Under the pieces are notes generated by a model, which saw only the letters and a program-made list of their open reading frames with translations, did no database searches and was not told the origin of the DNA. Shown here in pieces: positions 40,277-50,592 of a stretch of 64,000 nucleotides of DNA. Source of the stretch: Chloroflexota bacterium (lineage in GTDB: Bacteria > Chloroflexota > UBA11872 > VXOZ01); contig OY760183.1 in assembly GCA_963663275.1 (NCBI GenBank), positions 2,336,001-2,400,000 of the forward strand, read 5' to 3'. The first letter of the stretch is position 1. Every line of letters starts with the position of its first letter. The position numbers and the translations under genes are program-made.

Positions 40277-40527
40277 CCCTCTCCCTTTGGGAGAGGGCCG
40301 GGGAGAGGGTGAATCCTAGACGGCTTCGCCCCATTTCGTAAGTCTAAGGTATGAGACGCCGCACTATTTCCCCCTCACCCTAACACTCTCCCAGAGGGAG
40401 AGGGGACAAGAGGCGCGCGCCGGGGTCGGTCGGCTCTCTCCCCGGATACGCAAAGGTCTCCAAAGGGAGAGGGAACCGTTCGCCTCTCAACGAGGTTTCG
40501 CAGGGGTATCGCTCTGGGAAATAGTGC
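40277..40527. repeat. Composite repeat region: three CCTCTCCC/GGGAGAGGG hairpins plus a segment bounded by 12-bp inverted repeats
   Basis: Hairpins near 40277, 40371 and 40434; GCACTATTTCCC (40361-40372) / GGGAAATAGTGC (40516-40527). Confidence 0.65.
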
Positions 40528-40565
40528 TGGCTGTGGTCTGTTTCTATAGCAGTGATGGCGCAATG

Positions 40566-41687
40566 TCACCATGGCTCAGCGCCGGAATTCCCAAATCTTG
40601 TGGGGTTCCAGTGGGATACAGGCCGGCCGGTCTCGCCCGTCGTAAGAAAATCCTTGATGATCTCGGCGGTGATCGGCGCTTGTTGGATGCCCAGCTTGTG
40701 GTGGCCTACGGCGTAGTAGTAACCGGCAAGTGCGGAAGGGCCAACGAGCGGATAGCCGTCCGGGCTGAAGGGACGGAAGCCCGACCACAGTTCCGCGATG
40801 GTACCGGCGGCAAGCGCGGGCACGGCCTGGATGGCGGCCTGGAGCATGCCCTGTATCGCGCCGGCCGTATTGCGCCGGTCGTAGCCAACCAGTTCGGTCG
40901 TCGCGCCCAGCACGATGCGGCCGCTCTTGCGGGGGATGATGATGAACTGGGGCAGGTTGATCAGGTGGGTGAGCGCGACGGATTCCGCGCGCAGCGCGAG
41001 CATTTGGCCGCGTTGCGGTTCCACCGGGATACGTTCCGGCGCGCCCCGCAACGTGCCGCCCCAACTGCCGGCCGCATTGACGACCGCGCCGGCGTTGAAC
41101 AACTGGTTCGCCGTGCGCACGCCGGTCACTTTGCCCCGCTCGACCTGGAGTTCCCGGACGTCGCTGCCGATGAAGACGTCTACTCCGGCCCGCCGCGCGC
41201 CGGATTCGAGGGCGCGCAGCAAGCGCCGGTTCTCGATGTTCGCGCAGGGGGTCACCATGCCGAGCGCGACCGGCGCCGTAACGTCCGGCTGCCTGGCCCG
41301 CACCTCGCCGGGATCGATGAACTCGCAGCCGAGACCGGCCCCGTCCAACTGGGGCCGCAACGCGCGCAGATTGGCTTCGTCTTCTTCGCTGAAGGCGAGA
41401 TGCAGAGCGGGATGGCGCACCGCTTCAACGTCAATGCCAGTCTCGTCGGCCAGAACGGGGGCCAATGCCAGCAGCATTTCGCTGCCTTCCACGCGCAGCG
41501 CAAAGTCGGCCACGCTTTCATAGGCATAGGGCCTGCTCATCAACACGCCGGCGGACGCCCAGGAAGCCTCTTTGCCCACCTCGCCGCGCTCTAGCAGGGC
41601 AACGGAGAAACCGGCGGCGCGCAGCGCCCGCGCGGCCATCAAGCCGATGATGCCGCCGCCGACAATGACCGCGTCGTATGCTTGCAT
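40566..41687 (-). CDS. thiO: Glycine oxidase (ThiO-like)
   Basis: IVGGGIIG, ASWASAG, AAGSW, RGQM, GFRP, GHHKLGI. Confidence 0.75.
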   Translation of the reverse strand: MQAYDAVIVGGGIIGLMAARALRAAGFSVALLERGEVGKEASWASAGVLMSRPYAYESVADFALRVEGSEMLLALAPVLADETGIDVEAVRHPALHLAFSEEDEANLRALRPQLDGAGLGCEFIDPGEVRARQPDVTAPVALGMVTPCANIENRRLLRALESGARRAGVDVFIGSDVRELQVERGKVTGVRTANQLFNAGAVVNAAGSWGGTLRGAPERIPVEPQRGQMLALRAESVALTHLINLPQFIIIPRKSGRIVLGATTELVGYDRRNTAGAIQGMLQAAIQAVPALAAGTIAELWSGFRPFSPDGYPLVGPSALAGYYYAVGHHKLGIQQAPITAEIIKDFLTTGETGRPVSHWNPTRFGNSGAEPW

Positions 41688-41878
41688 CGCGCCGCTCACC
41701 CTCTTTGTTGCAGTGCCGCTTGCGGCCCGCTCTCTCCGCCGCTTCACCATTATACTGAATTCGCCTGCATCCCAGGCTTGCTTGGCAAGGGTTGTGGCAT
41801 AATTCAACGTGGGAACCGGAAAGTTCACTCAGCCTATAGCGCGCCGCGGCCAAGCGGCGTTCAAAGGTAAACCGCTGT

Positions 41879-42757
41879 ATGCCCACAAAGGTGTTGTTCG
41901 ATACGGACATCGGCACCGACATCGACGACGCGGTGTGTCTGGCCTACTTGCTGGCGCAGCCGTCATGCGAGCTATTGGGCATCACCACGGTGAGCGGTGA
42001 GGCCGCCAGACGCGCCATGCTGGCCAGCGCCGTGTGCCGGGCGGCCGGCGTGGACATGCCGATCTACCCCGGCGCGGAAGAGCCGTTGCTGATATCGCAG
42101 CGGCAACCCCGAGCGCAGCAGGCCGACGCGCTGGGCGGTTGGCCGCACCGTGATTCGTTTGAACCGGGGATGGCGGTAGAGTTTCTGCGCCGCACGATTC
42201 GGGCGCATCCTGGCGAGATTACGCTGCTCGCCGTAGGCCCGCTCACCAACGTCGCGCTCCTCTTCCGCGCGGACCCGGAGATCCCGCGCCTGCTCAAGAG
42301 CCTGGCGCTGATGTGCGGCCAGTTCTTCGGGCGCGCGGCGGGACGCGGTCCGGTTGAGTGGAACGCTGCCTGCGATCCCCACGCGGCGGCGATTGTCTAC
42401 CGGAGCCCGGTCGCCAGCCATCGTTCGCACGGCCTCGACGTCACGCGGCAGGTTGTCATGCCGGCCAACGAGGTGCGCGCGCGTTTTCAAACGCCGACGC
42501 TCCTGCCGGTGGCCGCGTTCGCGGAGGTCTTCTTCCAACGCCGTGATGAAATTACCTTTCACGATCCGCTCGCGGCAACGACGATTTTCGATGACACTAT
42601 CTGCACGTTCGCGAGCGGCAACGCGCGGGTGGAACTGGATAGCCCCCAACTTGCGGGCTTCATGCACTGGCAACCGGATCAGGCGGGCCGCCATCAGGTG
42701 GCGGACACCGTTGACGCCGCTCGTTTCTTTGCGCACTATTTCTCAGTTTTCGCTTGA
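41879..42757 (+). CDS. Nucleoside hydrolase (IU-NH family)
   Basis: [24 protein letters not shown]. Confidence 0.92.
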   Translation: MPTKVLFDTDIGTDIDDAVCLAYLLAQPSCELLGITTVSGEAARRAMLASAVCRAAGVDMPIYPGAEEPLLISQRQPRAQQADALGGWPHRDSFEPGMAVEFLRRTIRAHPGEITLLAVGPLTNVALLFRADPEIPRLLKSLALMCGQFFGRAAGRGPVEWNAACDPHAAAIVYRSPVASHRSHGLDVTRQVVMPANEVRARFQTPTLLPVAAFAEVFFQRRDEITFHDPLAATTIFDDTICTFASGNARVELDSPQLAGFMHWQPDQAGRHQVADTVDAARFFAHYFSVFA

Positions 42758-42768
42758 GGAGATGAAGC

Positions 42769-43245
42769 ATGTTCCATGGCAAAGTTCTAGCAATCTATAC
42801 CGCCCCGGCCCGCCGCGAGCCGATGGTTGCGCACCAGGAAGTGCGCGTCGTGCCGGGCAAGGGCATCGAAGGCGATCGCTATTACATCGGCAACGCGACG
42901 TACTCGGATCGCGCCGGGCCGCACCGGGAGTTGACGTTGATCGAAGAGGAGACCCTCGACGCGCTGGAGCGGGAATACGGCTATCGCCTGAAGCCGGAAC
43001 TGTCCCGCCGCAACGTGCTGGTTTCCGGCGTACCGCTCAACCACCTGATCGATCGTGAATTCACGATTGGCGGCGTGCGCTTGCGCGGGCTGCTCCTGTG
43101 CGAGCCCTGCGCCACGCTGGCCGAGACCAGCGGGCACGCGCACATCATCAACCATCTCATGCACCGGGGCGGCCTGCGCGCCGAAATCCTCACCGAGGGC
43201 ACGCTGAACGTAGGCGCGGACGTCTTGCCGGGCGGCGAAGCGTAA
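42769..43245 (+). CDS. MOSC domain protein
   Basis: GIEGDRY, RRN, CEPC, GGLRAEI. Confidence 0.88.
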   Translation: MFHGKVLAIYTAPARREPMVAHQEVRVVPGKGIEGDRYYIGNATYSDRAGPHRELTLIEEETLDALEREYGYRLKPELSRRNVLVSGVPLNHLIDREFTIGGVRLRGLLLCEPCATLAETSGHAHIINHLMHRGGLRAEILTEGTLNVGADVLPGGEA

Positions 43246-43307
43246 CGCCCGCGGGCGCTCTTGAGCAATGGCTGGAGTCAAGCGCGCCGCCGGCAGCACA
43301 CGCGCGG

Positions 43308-44078
43308 CTAGGCGGTCTTGTACCCCAGCGTGCCGCCGCCGTCGGCGTAGAGTTCCGTGCCGGTGACGAATGACGCCTCGTCGGAAACCAGGAAGAGCGC
43401 CGCGTTCGCCATCTCTGCCGGCGAGGAGATATAGCCGAGCGGGTGCCGCGCGGCCACGCTGGCGCGCATGGCGTCCGGATCGGGCTGCAAGTTGATGAAG
43501 TATTCCATCAGCGGCGTGGTGACGCTCGCCGGACAGAGGGTGTTCGCGCGCACGCCGTATGGGGCGCAGTCCAACGCCAAAGCGCGGGTGAAGGCGATCA
43601 CGGCGCCTTTGGACGTGCAGTAGGCGATCGAGTGCGGTTGGGCGTGCACACCGACCATCGAGGCGACGTTGAGTATAACGCCTTTCGTCTCTCTCAAAGC
43701 CGGCAGCGCGTACTTGCACGTCCACAAGAGGCTCTTCACGTTGATGTCCATGATGCGGTCCCACTCGTCCTCGGTCGTGCCTTCGACGTCCTTGTCAACG
43801 AAGATGGCGGCGTTGTTCACGAGTACGTGCAGCGCGCCAAACGCCTCCTGAGACTCCGCCAGCATGGCGCGCACGTCGCTTTCACGGGCAACGTCGGCCA
43901 CGATGGCGCGGGCCTGACCACCTGCGCCCCGGATGGCGTCCGCCACCCCGGACGCGCCTTCCTGATTTACGTCCGCAATGGCGATGGCGGCCCCTTCCGC
44001 CGCAAAACGCCTGGCCATCGCTTCACCGATGCCGCTGCCGCCGCCGGTTATCAACGCCACCTTGTCCCGTAATCTCAT
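43308..44078 (-). CDS. SDR family oxidoreductase
   Basis: TGGGSGIG, NNAA, YCTSK. Confidence 0.93.
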   Translation of the reverse strand: MRLRDKVALITGGGSGIGEAMARRFAAEGAAIAIADVNQEGASGVADAIRGAGGQARAIVADVARESDVRAMLAESQEAFGALHVLVNNAAIFVDKDVEGTTEDEWDRIMDINVKSLLWTCKYALPALRETKGVILNVASMVGVHAQPHSIAYCTSKGAVIAFTRALALDCAPYGVRANTLCPASVTTPLMEYFINLQPDPDAMRASVAARHPLGYISSPAEMANAALFLVSDEASFVTGTELYADGGGTLGYKTA

Positions 44079-44307
44079 GTCTATGCTCCTTCGCGTTCGT
44101 TGACTGCGAGCCGCCGCGCGCCGCACGCGCCGCGCCGTTCGTGAGACTGCCTTCCCCAATTATAGCGAGTGCCGGGTGCTCCCACGCCGCGCGGACTTAG
44201 GCTGTGGTGTTGGGGGAAATTGACGCTAACCCGTGCAGACAGTAGCATTCAGTGAGGCGGCCTTGGGTTAGTGGCGTGCGTACCTTCCGCGACATACTGG
44301 ACATACC

Positions 44308-45513
44308 ATGAGTGGGACTCTCATCGTCGGACAGTCGGGCGGCTCCACCGCCACGCTAAGCGCGACGCTGGCGGGCGTGCTGGAGGCGGCGTGGCAGAGC
44401 GAGTCCATAGACCGCGTGTATGGGATGCGCAACGGCATTGAAGGCCTGCTGCGAGAGGACTTGATAGACATAACGAATGGTTCGCCGCAACTCGCGCGCG
44501 CGCTCCGCAGGACTCCCAGCGCCGCCCTGGGCTCGTGCCGCTATGCGTTGGAGGATGCGGACGGCGAACGGGCGCTGGACGTCCTGAAGGCCCACGACGT
44601 ACGCTACTTCATCTACATCGGCGGCAATGGTTCGGCGCTTACGGTGCACGCAATCGAGCGGTGGGCGCGAGCGGGCGGCTATGCGCTGAACGCAATTGCC
44701 GCGCCGAAGACGATCGACAATGATCTTTGGGGCACGGACCACACGCCCGGGTATGGCAGCGCGGCGCGGTTCGCGGCGCTGGCCGCCATGGACGGCGGCG
44801 CCGATTCCTGGGCGCTGCGCACCCACGACCAGGTGAAGATCCTGGAGACATTTGGCCGGAACACCGGCTGGGTCACCGCCGCGACCGCGCTGGCCAAGCG
44901 TGAGGAGGCCGATCCGCCCCACCTCATCTACGTTCCCGAACGCCCGCTGACCCCGGAGCGCTTCTTGCGGGACGTCCAGGCGGCTTACGATCGCTACGGG
45001 TACGCGTTCGTCGCCGTGTGCGAGGGACTGCGCCGGCCGGACGGCAGCCTGCTCTTCGCGTCGGAGCGCGCCGTGGACCAGGACGCCTTCGGCAGGGGAC
45101 AGCTAGGCGGCGTGAGCAGCTTGCTCTCGGAACTCGTCGCCAGCGAGTTGGGCCTCAAGAGCCGCACCGACAAGCCCGGCACCATGCAGCGCGCCTGCAT
45201 CTCCCTGGCCTCTTCGGTAGACCTGGAGGAGTCCTATCGCGTTGGCACAGCGGCGGTGGCGGCGGCAACGGCCGGCGAGACGGGCACAATGGTTACGCTG
45301 GAACGGGAACCCGGTCCGGCCTATGCGGTGACGACCGGACTCATCGGAGTCGATGAAGCGGCCGGCAAGGAACGCCCGCTGCCGGACGCTTTCCTGAATG
45401 ACGCGGGGAACTTTGTAACCCCGGCGTTCCTGGATTACGCGCGCCCGTTGCTGGGCGAGCCGCTGCCGGAGTACGCCCGCCTGCGCGCGCCGGCCGTTCC
45501 CAAACGTGTCTGA
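44308..45513 (+). CDS. 6-phosphofructokinase (PfkA superfamily, PPi-PFK-related clade)
   Basis: GQSGG, LGSCR, GGNGS, PKTIDNDL, FGR, CEG. Confidence 0.9.
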   Translation: MSGTLIVGQSGGSTATLSATLAGVLEAAWQSESIDRVYGMRNGIEGLLREDLIDITNGSPQLARALRRTPSAALGSCRYALEDADGERALDVLKAHDVRYFIYIGGNGSALTVHAIERWARAGGYALNAIAAPKTIDNDLWGTDHTPGYGSAARFAALAAMDGGADSWALRTHDQVKILETFGRNTGWVTAATALAKREEADPPHLIYVPERPLTPERFLRDVQAAYDRYGYAFVAVCEGLRRPDGSLLFASERAVDQDAFGRGQLGGVSSLLSELVASELGLKSRTDKPGTMQRACISLASSVDLEESYRVGTAAVAAATAGETGTMVTLEREPGPAYAVTTGLIGVDEAAGKERPLPDAFLNDAGNFVTPAFLDYARPLLGEPLPEYARLRAPAVPKRV

Positions 45514-45663
45514 GTTACGCTCCTGGCGGCGGGAAACGCCTGGTAGTGCGCTCTGCTGTTTTGGCGGGCCGTCATTCTTGCCCACCCAGTGGGCGGCCAA
45601 TGCGCGCTCGGCGCGTGATTCGCGTCTCGCAAGAAGGCCGCAGCGCGAGAAATCTTGTTCAAC

Positions 45664-45688
45664 CGTAGCGCGGGGGCTTGTCCCCCGC
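45664..45688 (+). repeat. Single family-1 REP
   Basis: CGTAGCGCGGGGGCTTGTCCCCCGC, exact consensus. Confidence 0.88.
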
Positions 45689-45776
45689 TCCCTCTTATCG
45701 GGCAACGAACAGATTCACTCTCAGGAGCGAACACCGTCATGAAAGCAACGCATTGCCACCGGAAAGCCGCCACACC

Positions 45777-46967
45777 GTGCAGGCGCTGACACTTCTCGCA
45801 AAACCCGCGTCGGGATTGCCGCGAGCCGCCGTCATCCTCAGCGCGGGTTTCTTCTTCGTCTTCATGGGCGCCAGCGCGTTTCAGCAGTTCCTCATCCCCT
45901 ATCTCACAGACAAAGGCGTCGCGACCGCATTTCAGGCCTCGACCGTGCTGGCGGTAGTGTACATCTCGTTCCTGTTCTGGCGCGCCGTGGTCGCCTACAC
46001 GCTCTACTACCTGGGAGAGTACTGGAGCACGGTGCTGGGAGCGGCCACCTACTCGCTGTTTGCCGTCGGCGCTTTCGTGCTGGACCGGTTCGAGTTCCTG
46101 CTCATTGCCGCCGGGATTTGGGGCTGGGGCGCGGCGGCGATGTGGATCTCCAGCACAACCCAACTCTTGGACGCCACCGCCGATACCCACTACGGGCGCG
46201 CCAGCGGATTGCTCTACACGGCCACCACCGGCGGGCAAGCCATCGGCGTGCTCTTGCTCGGGGCGCTCATGAGCGTGGCGGGCGTGAGCTTTGGGCCGCC
46301 GGTGGCGGCTGCGGTAACGGCGGTCGGCGTGGCGACGTTCCTGTTCCTGCCCTACCAGCACAGCAAGCGCGTCAAACCGCGCCTGGCCCCCATCTTTCGC
46401 GTGCTCACGCTGCCGCGCACGGGTCTGGCGGCGCTCTTCCTCTTCCTCTCTTCGCTGGCCTTCGGTCTCATACTTGGCAGCTTCAGCCAGATCATCGGCG
46501 GCCCCCAGGGTCACGGCACACTGGCGCTGATAACGGCCGGCTATTGGATTGTGCGCACATTTGGCAGTTACGCCGCCGGTTTCGTGGCGGATTGGCTCGG
46601 CCGGGAGCAAGTTCTCGTACTCTCATTCGGCCTGGCGGGACTGGGGCTGCTGCTGCCGGCGTTCAGTAGCGGTCTGCTGACCATGAGCATCGCCGCGCTC
46701 GCCATGGGCTTGCTCAACAGCGCCGTGCCGGTGGCCACCAACGCCATGATTGGCGACCTGACCGACTTCAGCAACCGGCATCTGGCCATCGCGTCGCTCT
46801 TCGTGTGGCGCGACCTGGGCGTTGGCATTGCCATTCTGGCCGGCGCGGCCATCATCACGTTCTTTGGCAGCGAACAGATGATCTTTGGGCTTTTCAGCGC
46901 GGCCTTTCTCGTCTCGGCCGGTTTCGCCTTCTGGCTCAAGGGTCAGCCGCTGGTGAAGATGACGTGA
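45777..46967 (+). CDS. MFS transporter (start approximate)
   Basis: About 12 TM segments, GFVADWLGR motif A. Confidence 0.85.
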   Translation: MQALTLLAKPASGLPRAAVILSAGFFFVFMGASAFQQFLIPYLTDKGVATAFQASTVLAVVYISFLFWRAVVAYTLYYLGEYWSTVLGAATYSLFAVGAFVLDRFEFLLIAAGIWGWGAAAMWISSTTQLLDATADTHYGRASGLLYTATTGGQAIGVLLLGALMSVAGVSFGPPVAAAVTAVGVATFLFLPYQHSKRVKPRLAPIFRVLTLPRTGLAALFLFLSSLAFGLILGSFSQIIGGPQGHGTLALITAGYWIVRTFGSYAAGFVADWLGREQVLVLSFGLAGLGLLLPAFSSGLLTMSIAALAMGLLNSAVPVATNAMIGDLTDFSNRHLAIASLFVWRDLGVGIAILAGAAIITFFGSEQMIFGLFSAAFLVSAGFAFWLKGQPLVKMT

Positions 46968-47064
46968 CTTAGCGGCGCATTCACTGGCTCTGGCTGTCCA
47001 TCCATGGAAAGACCGTTGCCGCCGCATGGTTCCCTGTCGCGGCAAGCGGGGGACAAATAGCAAA

Positions 47065-47097
47065 GGACAGGACGGTCCTCGCGGTGACCGTTCTGTC
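47065..47097 (-). terminator. Rho-independent terminator
   Basis: GGACAGGACGGTC-N-GACCGTTCTGTCC then TTT on the minus strand; between convergent genes. Confidence 0.6.
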
Positions 47098-47164
47098 CGG
47101 CAAATCGGCGCTTTGTTTGTGGATGGCGGCGAAGGCTACCGGCAAGTCGCTCCTCGCAGGGACG

Positions 47165-47479
47165 CTACTTCTCCTTGGCGGCGGACTTTGGCTTCCCGCC
47201 GGATTCCTCTTTGGCGGCCCCGGCGGCCTTGGCTTCCTTCGACTTCTCTTTCGTTGGTTCCTTGGGTTTCGGGCTGCCGTTCTTCTCGTTCTTGCCGGTA
47301 TCCTTGCGGTTATCGGTCACGTACCAGCCGCTGCCTTTGAAAATCACGCTGGCGGGATGGAAGACCTTGCGCACCGGCCCGGCGCACTCCGGGCACTGCG
47401 CGACCGGCGGGTCGCTGAAACGCTGCTGCCGCTCAAAACGATGACTGCAATCATCACATTCGTATTCATACAACGGCAT
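47165..47479 (-). CDS. FmdB family zinc-ribbon protein
   Basis: MPLYEYECDDC...CPEC...FKGSGWYVTD with Lys-rich tail. Confidence 0.9.
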   Translation of the reverse strand: MPLYEYECDDCSHRFERQQRFSDPPVAQCPECAGPVRKVFHPASVIFKGSGWYVTDNRKDTGKNEKNGSPKPKEPTKEKSKEAKAAGAAKEESGGKPKSAAKEK

Positions 47480-47588
47480 CGAAACCACTTACCTCCGCAA
47501 GCAAAGTCAACGGGCACTCCCACAAGTATAGCACTCTCGCAGCGCGCGGTTGTGCGACGACGGAAACGGCGTCTTCAATGAAATCGGC

Positions 47589-48617
47589 TCAGCGAGACGT
47601 TTCCGGCAAGTGCAGGACCAGCGTTTCCAGGGCCAGGCGAGCATTGACGTTTGCCCTGATCCAGTCCCGCGCCTCATGGATGCGCTTGATTGCGGTCACG
47701 ATTTCATGGAGGGAGAAACGGAGTCCGGCGCCGCCAAACTCCTGGCCGGTCTCGGCGAATTCGCCGTCTTCTTCAATGTTGCGGCCTTCGTCAGTGAGAC
47801 CGTCTTCAACACGCGGTTGCGGCACACCCGTGTGACCCAAGAGGCTCGAGCGCCACCACTCGATCCAGAGATCGAAGAGGCGATCGAGGTCGTCCGCTTC
47901 ATCCAGCAGTTGGTCCACCACCGCCGTGCGCGCGGCCCGGTCCGCCCGGAGGCTCTCCACCAGCGCCCGCACCAGCGACTCTTCCTGCCCGCGAAGTTCC
48001 GGATTCGCGGCGGCGTCCAAGGCCCAGCCCATGCGCCCAAGGCTTGCCGCCGCCAGGAACGCCGCGTCCTGCCGGGGCGTCCCGCGCTCTTCCAGCGCGG
48101 CCTGCACCACCCGGCGCGGCAGCGCCGTAAGCCGCCACACCTGGCAGCGGGAAAGCAGGGTTGGCGGCAGCAGATGCGTGGACTCCGCCGTGAGCACCAG
48201 GGTATTGTGCGGGGGCGGCTCCTCCAGCGTCTTGAGGAGTCTTTGGCTCGCTTCCGGCTGCAAGAGGTGCGCCTCGAGCATGAGCGAGACGCGCTGCCCC
48301 GCCTCGTACGGGCGCAACGCTACCGCCTGCTGCAACGCCGCGATCTGCTCCATGCGGATCGACTTGCGGCCTTCTTCCAACTGCACCAGGTGAAAGTCGG
48401 GATGCTGCCGGCGCAGCACCCCTTTGCACTCCCGGCACTGCCAGCAGGGATCTCCGCCACCCTGGCCGCACAGGAGGCCCGCGGCGAGATCGAGCGCCAG
48501 CGTAGTCTTGCCGACCGCTGCCGGGCCGGCCAGCAAAATGGCGTGACCCAGCGCCTCCCGCGCGATTGCGCGTTGGAGGAAGCGCCGCACGCGCTCATGT
48601 CCGATGGTGCGCCACAC
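47589..48617 (-). CDS. holB: DNA polymerase III subunit delta'
   Basis: HAILLAGPAAVGK, Zn Cys cluster, HPD, LLKTLEEPP, LLPPTLLSRC. Confidence 0.9.
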   Translation of the reverse strand: MWRTIGHERVRRFLQRAIAREALGHAILLAGPAAVGKTTLALDLAAGLLCGQGGGDPCWQCRECKGVLRRQHPDFHLVQLEEGRKSIRMEQIAALQQAVALRPYEAGQRVSLMLEAHLLQPEASQRLLKTLEEPPPHNTLVLTAESTHLLPPTLLSRCQVWRLTALPRRVVQAALEERGTPRQDAAFLAAASLGRMGWALDAAANPELRGQEESLVRALVESLRADRAARTAVVDQLLDEADDLDRLFDLWIEWWRSSLLGHTGVPQPRVEDGLTDEGRNIEEDGEFAETGQEFGGAGLRFSLHEIVTAIKRIHEARDWIRANVNARLALETLVLHLPETSR

Positions 48618-48646
48618 GTCAGGGTCTCCGCCTGGGGGTTACGGCA

Positions 48647-49906
48647 CTAATAGTCTGCAGATGAGCAATGGATATCCGCCAGGAAATCCGCCCAGCCCGC
48701 ATATTGCTGGGATTCCGCAACGTATCCATTGAGCACGTCCCCGTAACCGACGTCGTTCCATCTGCCGGTTGGACCCCAGAGCGCCTCCCAGAAGGCGGCT
48801 TCCACCCGCAGGCCCCCGGCCACAAGCCGTTTACACGTTTCGGGAGATTGCTCCAGCGGCACTGGGGAGAGCGACCGCGCTTCAAGGTAGGTGGCTATGT
48901 GAGCCAGCACGGCGGCTACCGCCTCCACGTTGCCCTCTCGCAGCGCGGGATGGAGGTAGATCAATACCCAGTCGCCGATGTACAGCGCCGCGGTATCCAG
49001 CACATCCGGGGCGTAGCCGATAATCGCGCCGTCCAAGTAGGGCACAAGGCGCGCGGTAACCGGCTGACCGGCAAGTAGCGCCCTGATCTCAGCCAGCGTC
49101 TCAGGTTCGAGCGGGATGTCCGGATCCGGCTGCGGCCGCAGCGCATCCACCGGAATGAGGCCGGCCTCTTTCAGCAAGTCTCCGGCAAACACCTGGGTCA
49201 CCGTGCCGGGAACGGGCAGGCCCGGAATTTCTTCAATCCAGCGTTGGAAGGCCGCCCGTTGAAAGCGCTGCACCATGAACGGCCCAATGCGCTCCGGTAG
49301 TGACATGGGCAAACCATAGAGCAGGATCGAAATTTCCAAGTTTCCCGGCTGCAAGGGGTTTTGCAAGAAATAGTCGGTAATCCCCTCGTCGGTCAACCAG
49401 GCGAGGCGAATTGCGCGGGACTCGGCGAACGTCGAACCGCCGTCATCCTTGATCGCCGCCGGTATGCCTCGATGGTAGAGCCAGAGTTCAAGTCCCGCCG
49501 CGTCGATCAACTCCAGGACGTTGGCGAGGGAGATTTCGCCGGTATCGCTGTGCCAGTGGAGGAGCGCGCGCTGCAATGGCAGGTATACGTCGCCGCTCCC
49601 GGCAACCGGATACGCCGACGCCACCGGGTAGCCCAGCACCGCCGGGCCGCCAAGCTCCTGAAAGGCGGTGTAGAACTGGGGCCCGCCGGGCACGTCGGCG
49701 ACGATGTAGCCAAATCCCTCACCGTAGCCTGAGGCCTCACTATAGAAGCGCTGTTGCGGCTGGGTGTCTGAAGCCGTGGCATCCTGGGCGCTGGCAGCCG
49801 CCCGCAGCGGCGAGGCATTGAGAAGCACAAGTATCAGCGCCAGTACGGCGCCGGCGGCCAAGCGCCGCCGGTTAACCGGCAAGTGACTTCGCGGCATTGG
49901 GATCAT
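48647..49906 (-). CDS. Secreted protein with LGFP-like repeats and a degenerate zincin-like motif
   Basis: Signal peptide, GGPAVLGYP and YGLPMS repeats, AAVLAHIATY. Confidence 0.7.
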   Translation of the reverse strand: MIPMPRSHLPVNRRRLAAGAVLALILVLLNASPLRAAASAQDATASDTQPQQRFYSEASGYGEGFGYIVADVPGGPQFYTAFQELGGPAVLGYPVASAYPVAGSGDVYLPLQRALLHWHSDTGEISLANVLELIDAAGLELWLYHRGIPAAIKDDGGSTFAESRAIRLAWLTDEGITDYFLQNPLQPGNLEISILLYGLPMSLPERIGPFMVQRFQRAAFQRWIEEIPGLPVPGTVTQVFAGDLLKEAGLIPVDALRPQPDPDIPLEPETLAEIRALLAGQPVTARLVPYLDGAIIGYAPDVLDTAALYIGDWVLIYLHPALREGNVEAVAAVLAHIATYLEARSLSPVPLEQSPETCKRLVAGGLRVEAAFWEALWGPTGRWNDVGYGDVLNGYVAESQQYAGWADFLADIHCSSADY

Positions 49907-50531
49907 CGTTGAAAACTACACCCACTACTCGTGCGTCGATTTGCTCCAACATTGCCTTGGCGCGCTGTATTTGGTCCCGCCGGGTCTGGTTTGCGCGCAC
50001 CACCAGGAGCACGCCGTCAACGGAGCGCGCCAGCGCGGCGGCGTCCGCGGCCAAGAGGATCGGCGGGGTATCCAGAATGACGTGGTCGCGCTCGCGCGCT
50101 ATCTCGCCGATGAGGTCTGTCATGCGTCGAGACGCGAGCAGTTCGGGAGCGTGCTCAGGCACAGTCCCGGCGGCGAGCAGGTTCAGACCCTCGGCGCCGC
50201 AGTCTTCGTGATAGGCGGGAGCGCCCGCCGCGCCGCTCAGGTAGTCGGCGAGACCCGGCTCCTGGGAGACGCCAAAGGCGCTATGCAGGCTGGGCGTGCG
50301 CACGTTCGCGTCGATGAGCGTGACGCTGAGCCCCATCTGCGCCAGCGCGGTCGCCAGGTTGGCGGCGACAAGGCTCTTCCCTTCTTGCGGCGCGGCGCTG
50401 GTCACGAGCAGCGACTTCCGCCCGTGTTCCTCCGCCTGAAATCGGATTGTGGTGCGCAGCGCCCGAAACGCCTCGGCCGCGGGACTCGCCGCCTGACTGA
50501 GCGTCGGGAGCGGCACAGTTGGTACCGTCAT
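49872..50531 (-). CDS. CpsD/CapB family BY-kinase
   Basis: EAFRALRT, VTSAAPQEGKS, LIDAN, ILDTPP. Confidence 0.9.
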   Translation of the reverse strand: MTVPTVPLPTLSQAASPAAEAFRALRTTIRFQAEEHGRKSLLVTSAAPQEGKSLVAANLATALAQMGLSVTLIDANVRTPSLHSAFGVSQEPGLADYLSGAAGAPAYHEDCGAEGLNLLAAGTVPEHAPELLASRRMTDLIGEIARERDHVILDTPPILLAADAAALARSVDGVLLVVRANQTRRDQIQRAKAMLEQIDARVVGVVFNDDPNAAKSLAG

Positions 50532-50592
50532 GGCTCTCCTTGTCTCATTTCGCAAAGCGCCGCGCGGCAGCCGCGCCGGCGGGAAATCACGA

